Source: an uncultured Gammaproteobacteria bacterium
Lineage (GTDB): Bacteria; Patescibacteriota; Patescibacteriia; Magasanikbacterales; GWA2-37-8
NCBI GenBank assembly: GCA_964496095.1
Contig: CAZBWU010000002.1
Location: 79,595-143,594 of the forward strand
DNA: 64,000 nt
Direction: 5' to 3'
The notes under the pieces are model-generated. The model was not told the DNA's origin and did not search any database. It worked only from the letters and a program-made list of their open reading frames with translations. The translations under genes and the position numbers were made by a program. Positions within the stretch are counted from its first letter, which is position 1, and the number at the start of each line of letters is the position of its first letter. Shown in pieces: positions 50,554-59,646 of this stretch.

Positions 50554-51158
50554 AGATTTCCAAAATTGGCTAAAATTTTAAGTCCGGCGCTTTGGCTTTT
50601 TTCAGGGTGGAACTGACAACCATAAATATTATTACTTTGAAGCATCGAAGTAAACTCAAAACCATAATCAGTCGTAGCAATTGTTTCTGATTGATTCTGT
50701 AGTTGACAATAAAAACTATGAACAAAGTAGCAACTCTCCCCTGACTCGACGCCTTCTAAGAGTGATGATTGCTTAGTAACTTTTAAATCGTTCCAACCAA
50801 CATGCGGAACCGGCAAATTACGAACTTTGTCGGTAAAATTCAAAACTTTACCGGTAACCAAGTCTAAGCCTTGATGTTGCCCATATTCCTCGCTTGAGCT
50901 TAATAACAACTGCATCCCGAGGCACAAACCTAAAATTGGTTTACCTGCATTAGAAAATTTCTTAATCGGTTCAACAAAACCAAGTTTGTTTAACTCTTCC
51001 ATAGCCAGACCAAAGGCCCCTACTCCGGGCAAAATCAATTTATAGCAGCCTTCAATGTCAGCTGGTGAATTTACAAATTTATTGGCAATATTTAAATAAT
51101 CCAGTGAATTTTTCACGGACTGCAAATTGCCCATGTTGTAATTAACAATACCAATCAT
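50550..51158 (-). CDS. HisH-like glutamine amidotransferase (WbuY-type)
   Basis: LPGVGAF, GLCLGMQLL, PHVGWN, YFVHS, QFHPEKS. Confidence 0.9.
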   Translation of the reverse strand: MIGIVNYNMGNLQSVKNSLDYLNIANKFVNSPADIEGCYKLILPGVGAFGLAMEELNKLGFVEPIKKFSNAGKPILGLCLGMQLLLSSSEEYGQHQGLDLVTGKVLNFTDKVRNLPVPHVGWNDLKVTKQSSLLEGVESGESCYFVHSFYCQLQNQSETIATTDYGFEFTSMLQSNNIYGCQFHPEKSQSAGLKILANFGNL

Positions 51159-51776
51159 CTATTTCTTCTTAAGTAAAAACCAGGTTAAGTTGTCGTTATA
51201 TATATTTTCGCGACCATACTTAAAGCCATACTTAACCAGTTCCAGATCTTTAAACCTATCCATCATTTCCCCTGCAAAATCACGTTTGAACAAACGGTTA
51301 TTATGGCCGCGATAGTTAACCACAACCGGAGTCGGGTTATAATATTCGGAAATTAGAATATATTTTTTTGAAGTTTTATACAATAAATCATAAACTTCGT
51401 TTAAAATATTCGGGTTTAAATGGATAAGTACCCCACGGATAAGAACTAAATCCCGTTGATAGTCGAGTTTGAAATCTAAAATAGAACCGTGGTAAACTTT
51501 AATTTTTTTAATTTTTTTGAGCTGTTCCACGGCTTTGTCATTGATTTCAATAGCCGACAATTCGACTTTTGGCATAAATTCTTTTATGGCCAATAAGTTC
51601 ATACCGATATTTGAGCCAAATTCAATAACGGAATTCAGACCCTTCAAACCTGAAAGTGCTTCTTTAAAAAAACTGACATTGGTTTTTTTAAGTCCTGCTG
51701 CAGCATTACGATTAATATATTCATCACCAAAACTGCCAGCCCAAAAATTTTCTTGCTCTGTTTTAAATTTCTTCAT
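51159..51776 (-). CDS. Pseudaminic acid biosynthesis-associated methylase
   Basis: TEQE.FWAG.FGDEYI.RN, EFGSNIG.NL, GVLIH, EYYNPTP..V.YRGH...LFKRDFAG. Confidence 0.88.
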   Translation of the reverse strand: MKKFKTEQENFWAGSFGDEYINRNAAAGLKKTNVSFFKEALSGLKGLNSVIEFGSNIGMNLLAIKEFMPKVELSAIEINDKAVEQLKKIKKIKVYHGSILDFKLDYQRDLVLIRGVLIHLNPNILNEVYDLLYKTSKKYILISEYYNPTPVVVNYRGHNNRLFKRDFAGEMMDRFKDLELVKYGFKYGRENIYNDNLTWFLLKKK

Positions 51777-51856
51777 AAATCAAGTTTATGGGGATTTAAA
51801 ATTTTAAATTTAATCTCAGTCTGTTTCCAATCTTCTTCGGTGCCTACTATTTTCAT
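51773..51856 (-). pseudogene. Internally deleted cytidylyltransferase (pseF/neuA) remnant, 27-aa mini-ORF
   Basis: MKIVG-TEEDWKQTEIKFKILN resembles the C-terminus of intact PseF (TMEDWKIAEMKFKLIFN). Its TGA overlaps the next ATG. Confidence 0.6.
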
Positions 51857-51857
51857 T

Positions 51858-52457
51858 TTATTGAGTTAATAAATATTTAATACCTTCATCTATAGTAGCC
51901 AAATCTGTTTTATATTTCTCTATTTTTTCGAACTCTTCCTTGAATATGTGCTGTGCTGTTTTGGTCCTGCCCTCAGGTTTTTTATTCCAAGGTACAAATG
52001 CCGAAACGTTTAAAATTAAACCTTTCCACCTCAGCTTCTTTGCCTGTTTTATAAAGGTTAAAAAGGCCCGAGGCTGATAGTAAGAAGACCCTACTAAAAT
52101 AAAACTTGTCCATTGTCTCTTTTTCGCAATATTTATAATATGTTCAGCCTGATCTTTGGTGTTGAGGGCGCCCGAGTCGACGACCAAATCTTTTGATTTG
52201 ACACCTTTTTTTAACACAAAAGATTTCATTTTTGTTAACGATATATTTGATTGCTCCGACTTGGCATTCTTCCCAATTAAAACGTTGTTGCCGGAAATCA
52301 CTACTTTTTTGGCAAAACCTTTACGGTATAAATACAAAGTTGGCACTGAACGATCATATCGGTCACCTTGCAACCAAACAACAGCATCCGACAAACCAAC
52401 CGGCTGCTTAAGCAATAACCTATACAAGATTCTAAACTTTTTTTGTGCATGAGTCAT
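51858..52457 (-). CDS. YdcF/DUF218-family protein
   Basis: DAVVWLQG, VISG, A.NT.DQA, LV.S.Y..PRA. Confidence 0.78.
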   Translation of the reverse strand: MTHAQKKFRILYRLLLKQPVGLSDAVVWLQGDRYDRSVPTLYLYRKGFAKKVVISGNNVLIGKNAKSEQSNISLTKMKSFVLKKGVKSKDLVVDSGALNTKDQAEHIINIAKKRQWTSFILVGSSYYQPRAFLTFIKQAKKLRWKGLILNVSAFVPWNKKPEGRTKTAQHIFKEEFEKIEKYKTDLATIDEGIKYLLTQ

Positions 52458-52480
52458 AACTTAAACAATTCCCAAGCTTT

Positions 52481-53281
52481 CTACTTCTTTTTTTGCAGCA
52501 AAAAAATAAAATTTGGTGAATAATTACCTACCGAAGGAAGTTTCGAAGCAATTTTATTTATAGGATGCAAATACTCGGGAGTCTTATTCTCCATATCGCT
52601 CAAAGAAGCGTGCACTACACGCGAAATAATATAATACAAGCTGCCAATATTATTTACGTCCACGACCTTAAAATTTTTTGACGCGAATTCGAGTAGCTTT
52701 TTTTCGGGCATATAGTAATTATGCCACCGCACAGTTATAGCTGGCAGGCTAAAAATTTTTCTAAGCGAATTAAGACGACTCAATCCTTCCTGCGTATTTT
52801 CGCACAAAATTATTTGTCCTCCTGGCTTTAACATCTTTTTCATTTCTAATAAAGCCTGCTTCTGTTCCTGCCAGTTCATAAGGTTAATAAGGCAACGTTC
52901 AGAAACAATAAGGTCGAACTTCCCTATTTTAGGCAATTTGCTTCCTAAGTTTAAAACGCTACCAACTTCAAAAAACAATCTTTTTTTCAAAGTTTTATTT
53001 TTACCTAAAGTCTTTTGAGCTGCTTCTATCATTTTCTCCGAGTAATCAAGACCAAAAAATTGAGATTTTGGAAATTTTTTGGCGAAGAAAAAAGTTGAAA
53101 AACCATTACCACATCCAATGTCTAAAATTCGTTTGCCGTCTGATAAGTAAGACATGATTCTGTCTATTTCTAGTTCGCGATAATAACTATCCGGTGCAGT
53201 GGCTAATTGAGACTCACCAAAAGTACTGGCCTGATCCTGCCAAAATTCTTTTATTTTTTCTACTTGTTGTTTTTTGCTCAT
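52481..53281 (-). CDS. Class I SAM-dependent methyltransferase
   Basis: ILDIGCGNG, GLDYSEKMI, FD...SERCLINL, LKPGG. Confidence 0.87.
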   Translation of the reverse strand: MSKKQQVEKIKEFWQDQASTFGESQLATAPDSYYRELEIDRIMSYLSDGKRILDIGCGNGFSTFFFAKKFPKSQFFGLDYSEKMIEAAQKTLGKNKTLKKRLFFEVGSVLNLGSKLPKIGKFDLIVSERCLINLMNWQEQKQALLEMKKMLKPGGQIILCENTQEGLSRLNSLRKIFSLPAITVRWHNYYMPEKKLLEFASKNFKVVDVNNIGSLYYIISRVVHASLSDMENKTPEYLHPINKIASKLPSVGNYSPNFIFLLQKKK

Positions 53282-53293
53282 AATTTTTAATAA

Positions 53294-54373
53294 TTAATTT
53301 TTTATTAAGTTCCATGTTAATGGCGTCCCCCGCTCAATTGTCGTAGCGGCTTTTTTGCCGATGATTTTATCTAAAAACTTTGTTTCCAAACCATAAGCGG
53401 GGCGAATACCTCGGACATTTTTTAAAGAAAACTTCTCGCCGCGCTTAATATCCTCTACTACAAATAATGAACGACGGAAATGCCTGTTGTATTTTTCTGA
53501 TGGTGTTTGCGGACCATACTTTGCCCTTCCTAAGGCCTTTTCCTGAAAACGTATAACGTCTACCATTTTTTTAAATGCCTTTTGGTCCAACGAAAAACGG
53601 TCATCTAAGGCCTTGCCGTGGTTTATAACAAAATGTTTTTCAATAATACTCGCACCAAGTCCAGCAGCCAGAGCAGGTATTTCTGTACCACCCATATTAT
53701 CGGAAAATCCCGATACGACTTCAAACCGTTTTGCCAAATCAGTAACGGTAGATAAATTAGCGGCACTGACATTTCCGGATTCGGCATACGAGGTGGTACA
53801 GTGAAGTAGTGCCAATTGTTTCACGCCTTGTTTTTTTAAAACCCCCACGGAATATTCAATCTCAGGCAAAGTAGCAAAACCCACAGACATGATTACCGGT
53901 TTACCAGTAGCCGCTACTTTTTTAAGCAGGGGAATATCCGTGGCTTCGTAGGAGGCAATTTTATAACAAGGCACATGTAAATCTTCCAAAAAATCAACAG
54001 CCGTGGCATCAAATGGGGTGGAGAAAAATACCAAACCTAGACTCTCGGCCAACTGCTTAAGAGGTTTATGCCATGGCCAAGGCGTGTAAGCCTTCTGATA
54101 AAGATTATAAAAAGTTTGATTTTTCCAGGCTTTAGGATTATTTTTACCCCCCACAAAAAACCATTTTTTTTGCGAATCAATGGTCATCGTATCTGGAGTG
54201 TAAGTCTGGAGCTTAATGGCATCAGCCCCGGCTTTTGCGGCAGCTCTAACCAATGCTTTTGCTTTTACAAAACTCTGCTCGTGATTAGCCGACATTTCCG
54301 CAATAATAAAAGCCGGGTGCCCTGGACCAATCCTTCTTTTCCCTTTGGGTGTTTGAATAATTATCTCTTTCAT
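53294..54373 (-). CDS. pseI: Pseudaminic acid synthase
   Basis: IIAEMSANH, AIKLQTYTPDTMT, A.TPW.WH, YKIAS.E, C-terminal SAF domain RRSLFVV..IRP..GL. Confidence 0.9.
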   Translation of the reverse strand: MKEIIIQTPKGKRRIGPGHPAFIIAEMSANHEQSFVKAKALVRAAAKAGADAIKLQTYTPDTMTIDSQKKWFFVGGKNNPKAWKNQTFYNLYQKAYTPWPWHKPLKQLAESLGLVFFSTPFDATAVDFLEDLHVPCYKIASYEATDIPLLKKVAATGKPVIMSVGFATLPEIEYSVGVLKKQGVKQLALLHCTTSYAESGNVSAANLSTVTDLAKRFEVVSGFSDNMGGTEIPALAAGLGASIIEKHFVINHGKALDDRFSLDQKAFKKMVDVIRFQEKALGRAKYGPQTPSEKYNRHFRRSLFVVEDIKRGEKFSLKNVRGIRPAYGLETKFLDKIIGKKAATTIERGTPLTWNLIKN

Positions 54374-54394
54374 ATACAAAAACTCAAGTTTATC

Positions 54395-55084
54395 TTAATT
54401 AAAAATTAATTTAAATTTCATCTCTGCTATTTTCCAATCTTCCATCGTGTCAATATCCTGTACTTCTGATTCAGGCAAAATAAATGCTGTGGCGCCATTA
54501 AAATCAATGCGGGGATTATCTAAAAAAGAAGCCGTCCTTAAACAATAGAACTGACCTGCATCGTGATAAGCAGGACTAAAATCTTGCGAACGAATTTCGA
54601 CATTCTCTGGAGATACCATGGAAAGCAGTCCATCCACATCAATCTTAAGCGCTCGTTGGATAGGATAACTAAATTTGGTAACAGGAATGACTGCTGATAC
54701 TTCATGATTTTTGAGTTTTTTCATTGCCTCAATTAATCGCTCCGGGGTTACAGATACAGCAGTCGGGTATATACAACACAAGTACTCAAAATTCTGGCCA
54801 TTTTTTTGATATTCTTCAAGCACTTCTTTAATAACATCAGCCGTCGTTGCATGATCATTAGCGTTCTTAGTGGAGCGTAAAAAAGGCACAGCTGCTCCAA
54901 ACGATTTGGCAATATCTGCAATTTCTTGATCATCGGTTGAAACCATTACCTCATCAAACAATCCGCTCTTGAGCGCCACTTCAATTGGATAAGCTATGAT
55001 TGGTCGACCTAAAAAATCCTTAATATTTTTACGTGGTATGCGCTTACTCCCACCTCGGGCAATAATAATAGCTACAACAGACAT
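54395..55084 (-). CDS. pseF: Pseudaminic acid cytidylyltransferase
   Basis: ARGGSKRIPRKNIKDF, CCIYPTA, YPIQRA, RSQD...YHDAGQFY, QDIDT.EDW. Confidence 0.9.
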   Translation of the reverse strand: MSVVAIIIARGGSKRIPRKNIKDFLGRPIIAYPIEVALKSGLFDEVMVSTDDQEIADIAKSFGAAVPFLRSTKNANDHATTADVIKEVLEEYQKNGQNFEYLCCIYPTAVSVTPERLIEAMKKLKNHEVSAVIPVTKFSYPIQRALKIDVDGLLSMVSPENVEIRSQDFSPAYHDAGQFYCLRTASFLDNPRIDFNGATAFILPESEVQDIDTMEDWKIAEMKFKLIFN

Positions 55085-55090
55085 ATTTCT

Positions 55091-56203
55091 TTATTTTAAT
55101 CTAAAAAATTCTTTTATCGCCTCAGTAATAAACACAGCTTCTTTCTGGCTTAGATCTTGGTAACAGGGTATAGTGATAGCCGACTTTGCATACTTCGTTG
55201 TTTCGGGAAAATCTTTATCTTTGCATTTGATGATCCTTTTATAAAACGGATGAGAATATACTGGAGGGTAATGAAAATTAACTCCAATTCCTTTTGATTT
55301 TAAGAAATTAATTAGCGGCAACCGATGCTTCGGATTTTTCACCCGAATGACATAAATATGCCAAGAGCTCTTACTGCCAGTAACTTCTTGTGGCAAAATA
55401 ATTTGTTCACAACCCTGTAATTCTTCTTCATACCGCACTACAATCTGCTGTCTCTTTGCTATAAAAGTATCCAGCTTTTTCATCTGGTTTATACCCAATG
55501 CCGCTTGAAAATCAGTAATACGATAGTTATATCCGAATGTTTTCATCTCAATAAAACCTTGCGCATTTTTAACGATCCCATGTGTGCGGAGAAGTCGCAT
55601 CTTATTATATAGTTTTTTACTATTTGTTAAAATAGCTCCACCTTCACCGGTTGTTATAGACTTTACCGGATGGAAACTAAAGGTTGTCATATCACTTTGT
55701 AATGAACCAATCTTTTTACCTTGATATGAGGCGCCAAGCGCATGCGCGGCGTCTTCGACAACTTTTAATTTGTATTTTTTAGCAATCTTTAAAATCTTCT
55801 TCATGTTACACGGCTGACCGGCCAGATGTACCGGTACAATCATTTTTGTTCGACGCGTTATCAATTTTTCAATCTTGTCTTCATCAATATTATTGGTATC
55901 AAGACGAATATCACAAAAAACTGGCTTAGCCCCGCACGCAAGAACCATATTACTTGTGGCTACAAAGGTAGTGCTGGTAGTAATGACTTCATCTCCAGGC
56001 TTAAGACCCGCGGCCAGATAGGCTACGTGCAATGCAGTAGTCCCGTTATTAACCGCAACAGCAAATTTTGCCCCACAATACTCGGCCAAAGATTTCTCAA
56101 ACTGGTCAATACTTGGGCCTTGCGTAATCCAGTCGGATTGTAATACTTTTACCACACTTTCAATATCGCGTTCATCAATAGATTGGTGGCCATAAGGTAT
56201 CAT
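55091..56203 (-). CDS. pseC: UDP-4-amino-4,6-dideoxy-N-acetyl-L-altrosamine transaminase
   Basis: MIPYGHQSI, SDWITQGP, FSFHPVKSITTGEGG, GYNYRITD.QAALG. Confidence 0.9.
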   Translation of the reverse strand: MIPYGHQSIDERDIESVVKVLQSDWITQGPSIDQFEKSLAEYCGAKFAVAVNNGTTALHVAYLAAGLKPGDEVITTSTTFVATSNMVLACGAKPVFCDIRLDTNNIDEDKIEKLITRRTKMIVPVHLAGQPCNMKKILKIAKKYKLKVVEDAAHALGASYQGKKIGSLQSDMTTFSFHPVKSITTGEGGAILTNSKKLYNKMRLLRTHGIVKNAQGFIEMKTFGYNYRITDFQAALGINQMKKLDTFIAKRQQIVVRYEEELQGCEQIILPQEVTGSKSSWHIYVIRVKNPKHRLPLINFLKSKGIGVNFHYPPVYSHPFYKRIIKCKDKDFPETTKYAKSAITIPCYQDLSQKEAVFITEAIKEFFRLK

Positions 56204-56212
56204 AAAAAGATA

Positions 56213-57199
56213 CTAAGAATTAGAAACTAATTTTTGCAATCCTTCATTATCAAGCCATTTTGGATTGTTATCACTTGAGAAATAAAAATCTTTCGGTAAT
56301 TCTTTTCCATGATCATAGTTACCATGACCAGTCCACCAATCATACTCCGGTAAAATAGTATAATGATCATCAAATTCTTTCGTATGACGAGCTTCTTCAG
56401 AAGTGACAAGCATCTCATGAATTTTTTCACCAGGTCTAATACCGGTAACCTTAAGTTTACACTCCGGTGCCAAAGCTAAAATAAAATCCTTAACCTTCAT
56501 ACTTGGAATTTTGGGAATAAATATTTCTCCTCCGCTCATTTTTTCTAGTGCCATAAGCACCAAATCAACCCCGCCCTCAAGCGTAATCCAGAATCGCGTC
56601 ATGTCTTCATGTGTTAATGTTATTTCACCAGTAGGGCGCTGATCTTCAATAACTTTCACAATACTCCCACGACTGCCAAACACATTACCATAACGAACAG
56701 CGCTGAATTTAGAACCGCCTTCTCCTGAATAAACATTTGAGCTAATAATTAAACGCTCGGCGCAAAGTTTGGTTGCTCCATATAATGTTGCCGGATTAGC
56801 CGCTTTATCGGTCGAAACCAGTAATACTTTTTTAACATTACGCTGTAAAGCGGCCATAATAACATTTTTAGTGCCAATAGTATTAGTTAAAACTGCTTCA
56901 AACGGATTATACTCCAGTGCCGGAACTTGTTTAAGAGCAGCCGCGTGCACGACTATATCCACTCCTTTAAAAGCCAACTCCAAACGCTCCGAATCCCGAA
57001 CATCACCAATAAAATAACGCATCTTATAGGCATGCTCAATAAAAGTACTTTGCATTTGAGATTGTTTAAGCTCGTCTCGACTAAACACAATTATTTTTTT
57101 CGCTTCACTTTTCTCGAGCAGTGTTCTGATAAATTTTTGACCAAACGAACCAGTTCCTCCCGTTACCAGAACAACTTTATCCTTAAGAAAATCTAACAT
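56213..57199 (-). CDS. pseB: UDP-GlcNAc 4,6-dehydratase (inverting)
   Basis: TGGTGSFG, SRDELKQ, HAAALKQVP..EYNP, YGATKL, RYGNV.GSRGS, GIRPGEK.HE. Confidence 0.93.
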   Translation of the reverse strand: MLDFLKDKVVLVTGGTGSFGQKFIRTLLEKSEAKKIIVFSRDELKQSQMQSTFIEHAYKMRYFIGDVRDSERLELAFKGVDIVVHAAALKQVPALEYNPFEAVLTNTIGTKNVIMAALQRNVKKVLLVSTDKAANPATLYGATKLCAERLIISSNVYSGEGGSKFSAVRYGNVFGSRGSIVKVIEDQRPTGEITLTHEDMTRFWITLEGGVDLVLMALEKMSGGEIFIPKIPSMKVKDFILALAPECKLKVTGIRPGEKIHEMLVTSEEARHTKEFDDHYTILPEYDWWTGHGNYDHGKELPKDFYFSSDNNPKWLDNEGLQKLVSNS

Positions 57200-57214
57200 A
57201 CATTTAATTAAATA

Positions 57215-58459
57215 TTAAATTCTAATAGTATTATACTCTAATGGCACCGCAATTTTTCCCAACAAATAATTAGTCTTAAACAAGGATCGAACATTATCCG
57301 TATCAATAATCTCAAAATTAATATTATGTTTTGCTTCAAAATTTATAGTGGAATTATGTACAACTGCACTGAAATGAAAATTCCCAATATTAAATAAAAA
57401 TGCCGGCACTTCAACTACGGTAGTATATATTCCCACTTCATAATTATTTACCGCTCCTTTCGTGTCAGATTCTGAAGAGTATAATAACATATCATCTCCT
57501 GAGTTGAAAACCACTGACAACATAGCGTTTTTTAAGGTCTCAAAAAACTCATATTCAATTTTAACTGAAAAACGTTCATTAATCGGGATTCGAAATGAAG
57601 GCGTTCCTTCTTTAGTTAAAAGAGAAATTTTTCTGATATTAACAGGCTTCCCTTTTTGCACCGGATAATCCACTACCGCATTATGTGTTTGATTTTTATT
57701 GAGATAAAAATCAGCCACCTCTATTGTTGGTCCTTCTTTAATAATCTTTCCGTCCTGCAAGAGCAAAGAACGTTTACATAAATTTTTTAGCGCTCCAATA
57801 TTATGACTAACAAACAATACCGTTCTTCCGTCTTTACTGCTTACATCCTGCATCTTGCCCAAACATTTCTTTTGAAACTCAGCATCCCCCACCGCAAGAA
57901 CTTCATCTACGATCAAAATATCCGGCTCTAAATGAGCCGCGACGGAAAATGCCAAACGCACATACATCCCCGAAGAATATCTTTTTACTGGTGTATCAAG
58001 AAATTTTTCTACTCCCGAAAAATCAACAATCTCATCAAACTTTCGTTCAATCTCTTTTTTTCTCATGCCCAAGATCGCGCCATTTAAATAAATATTTTCT
58101 CTCCCGGTAAGCTCGGGATGAAAACCAGTGCCAACTTCAAGTAAACTCCCCACTCGTCCGCGGAGCCTAATCTCTCCAGTCGTGGGTGGAGTAATTCTTG
58201 ATAATATTTTAAGAAGCGTGCTTTTACCCGCCCCATTTCGCCCCATAATTCCCAGCACTTCGCCTTGTTCAACAGTAAAATTAATATCCTGTAGCGCCCA
58301 AAAATCATTGGCGTTAGGACCATGATAAGTTTTAGCTTTAAGCCACGAAAAGGGCGCCCGCGCAATATTTGTCAAAATATCACGCATAGCCAAATATTTC
58401 TCCTTCTCTCCGATGCTATATTTTTTTCCTAAATTTTTAACTTCAATAATAGCAGACAT
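57215..58459 (-). CDS. wzt: Polysaccharide ABC exporter ATPase with C-terminal carbohydrate-binding domain
   Basis: FWAL, GRNGAGKSTLLK, GTGFHPELTGRENI, YSSGMYVRLAF, Wzt-C extension. Confidence 0.92.
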   Translation of the reverse strand: MSAIIEVKNLGKKYSIGEKEKYLAMRDILTNIARAPFSWLKAKTYHGPNANDFWALQDINFTVEQGEVLGIMGRNGAGKSTLLKILSRITPPTTGEIRLRGRVGSLLEVGTGFHPELTGRENIYLNGAILGMRKKEIERKFDEIVDFSGVEKFLDTPVKRYSSGMYVRLAFSVAAHLEPDILIVDEVLAVGDAEFQKKCLGKMQDVSSKDGRTVLFVSHNIGALKNLCKRSLLLQDGKIIKEGPTIEVADFYLNKNQTHNAVVDYPVQKGKPVNIRKISLLTKEGTPSFRIPINERFSVKIEYEFFETLKNAMLSVVFNSGDDMLLYSSESDTKGAVNNYEVGIYTTVVEVPAFLFNIGNFHFSAVVHNSTINFEAKHNINFEIIDTDNVRSLFKTNYLLGKIAVPLEYNTIRI

Positions 58460-58463
58460 ATAC

Positions 58464-59282
58464 TTAAATCACATCAGCAAAATATCGCTCTACCTTTTTA
58501 AAATAAAAATAACCCAGGATACAATAGACTACCATACTGGATATAGATACCCCCAGTAATGCAAAATCAATCGGCTTGGCACCCAGTAATCCTGAGCGAG
58601 CGGCATCAATCACACCAGCCATGGGATTGAGCCCCAAAATCCAGCGGTACTTTTCGCTCACAATACTAGTTGGATAAATGACAGGAGTAATAAAAATAAG
58701 TAGCTGGACAAAGAAGGGTAAAACAAATCTAATGTCACGATATTTTACATTGAGCGAAGCAAAGATTAGGCCAATGCCGAGCGTTGAGAAAATAGTCATG
58801 ACTATAAGTAACGGCAGAATCAAAATACCAAGAAGCGACGGAGTATATTGATAATATACCATCATGCCAATAAGAATAATAAGAGCAACAAAAAAATCAA
58901 CAACATTGGTAATGATTGAAGAAATTGGCAGAATAATTCTGGGGAAATAGATTTTCGTGACAATCTTTTCATTTGCTATAAATGAATTACTTGCCTGAGA
59001 CAGACTTGTTGAAAATAATGTCCAGAAAAGCAAGCCTACATATACAAATATCGGATAGGGAATATTATCAGACGGAATATGGGTCAATCTGCCAAAAAAT
59101 ACAGTAAATATAACCATAGTCACAAATGGTTGAAAAATCGCCCACAACGCTCCAATAGCGGTCTGCTTATATTTAACCTTAACATCGCGCCAGGTAAAAA
59201 AATAGAACAGATCACGAAATTGCCAGATTTCTTTGCCATCAAACTGCCACCACTTATTTTTTGGCCTGATTATCAATTCCAT
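58464..59282 (-). CDS. wzm: Polysaccharide ABC exporter permease
   Basis: RD.KVKYKQT.IG..WA, KIYFPR, LNV.YRD, TPVIYP, LNPM. Confidence 0.92.
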   Translation of the reverse strand: MELIIRPKNKWWQFDGKEIWQFRDLFYFFTWRDVKVKYKQTAIGALWAIFQPFVTMVIFTVFFGRLTHIPSDNIPYPIFVYVGLLFWTLFSTSLSQASNSFIANEKIVTKIYFPRIILPISSIITNVVDFFVALIILIGMMVYYQYTPSLLGILILPLLIVMTIFSTLGIGLIFASLNVKYRDIRFVLPFFVQLLIFITPVIYPTSIVSEKYRWILGLNPMAGVIDAARSGLLGAKPIDFALLGVSISSMVVYCILGYFYFKKVERYFADVI

Positions 59283-59285
59283 ATT

Positions 59286-59531
59286 TTACCAACTTTTAGT
59301 TTTTTCAATGGTTTTAGCTTTTACTTTTTGATATAAATCAGTCGCTTTTTTGTCTACAACTGGCGATAATAAATTTAATAATTCATGCCCCATTATGCGA
59401 TACTGCTTGCCAATTTTATTAGCTCTAAGTAGACCCTTTTTTAAAAGTCTTTTAATAGTACTATTACTAATCTTCAAAACTTTCTGAGCTTCTTGAGTTG
59501 TGTATACTTCGTTTGGCCTAATTTCACTCAT
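59286..59531 (-). CDS. Excisionase-family (HTH_17) DNA-binding protein
   Basis: VYTTQEAQKVLKISNSTIKRLLKKGLLRANKIGKQYRI. Confidence 0.88.
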   Translation of the reverse strand: MSEIRPNEVYTTQEAQKVLKISNSTIKRLLKKGLLRANKIGKQYRIMGHELLNLLSPVVDKKATDLYQKVKAKTIEKTKSW

Positions 59532-59569
59532 ACACCCATATTTAATTATCTAAAATTCCTCCACCTAAT

Positions 59570-59598
59570 ATAGTACTAAAGGTGTCAATAGGTGTCAA
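59570..59598 (-). promoter_or_regulatory. Sigma70 promoter whose -35 is a repeat unit
   Basis: TTGACA(59598-59593)-N17-TACTAT(59575-59570). Confidence 0.7.
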
Positions 59599-59638
59599 TA
59601 GGTGTCAATAGGTGTCAATAGGTGTCAATAGGTGTCAA
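59580..59638. repeat. Perfect 10-bp tandem repeat (AGGTGTCAAT)x5.9
   Basis: Directly visible. Each unit reads TTGACA on the minus strand. Confidence 0.97.
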
Positions 59639-59646
59639 AAACTAGG

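Noticed and set aside
49768-51158. Histidine biosynthesis hisF/hisH
   Set aside because: They are coupled to a WbuX-type amidotransferase in a glycan cluster and no other his genes are present.
59580-59638. CRISPR array or plasmid iterons
   Set aside because: The units are 10 bp and contiguous with no spacers, and there is no cas or rep gene in the window.
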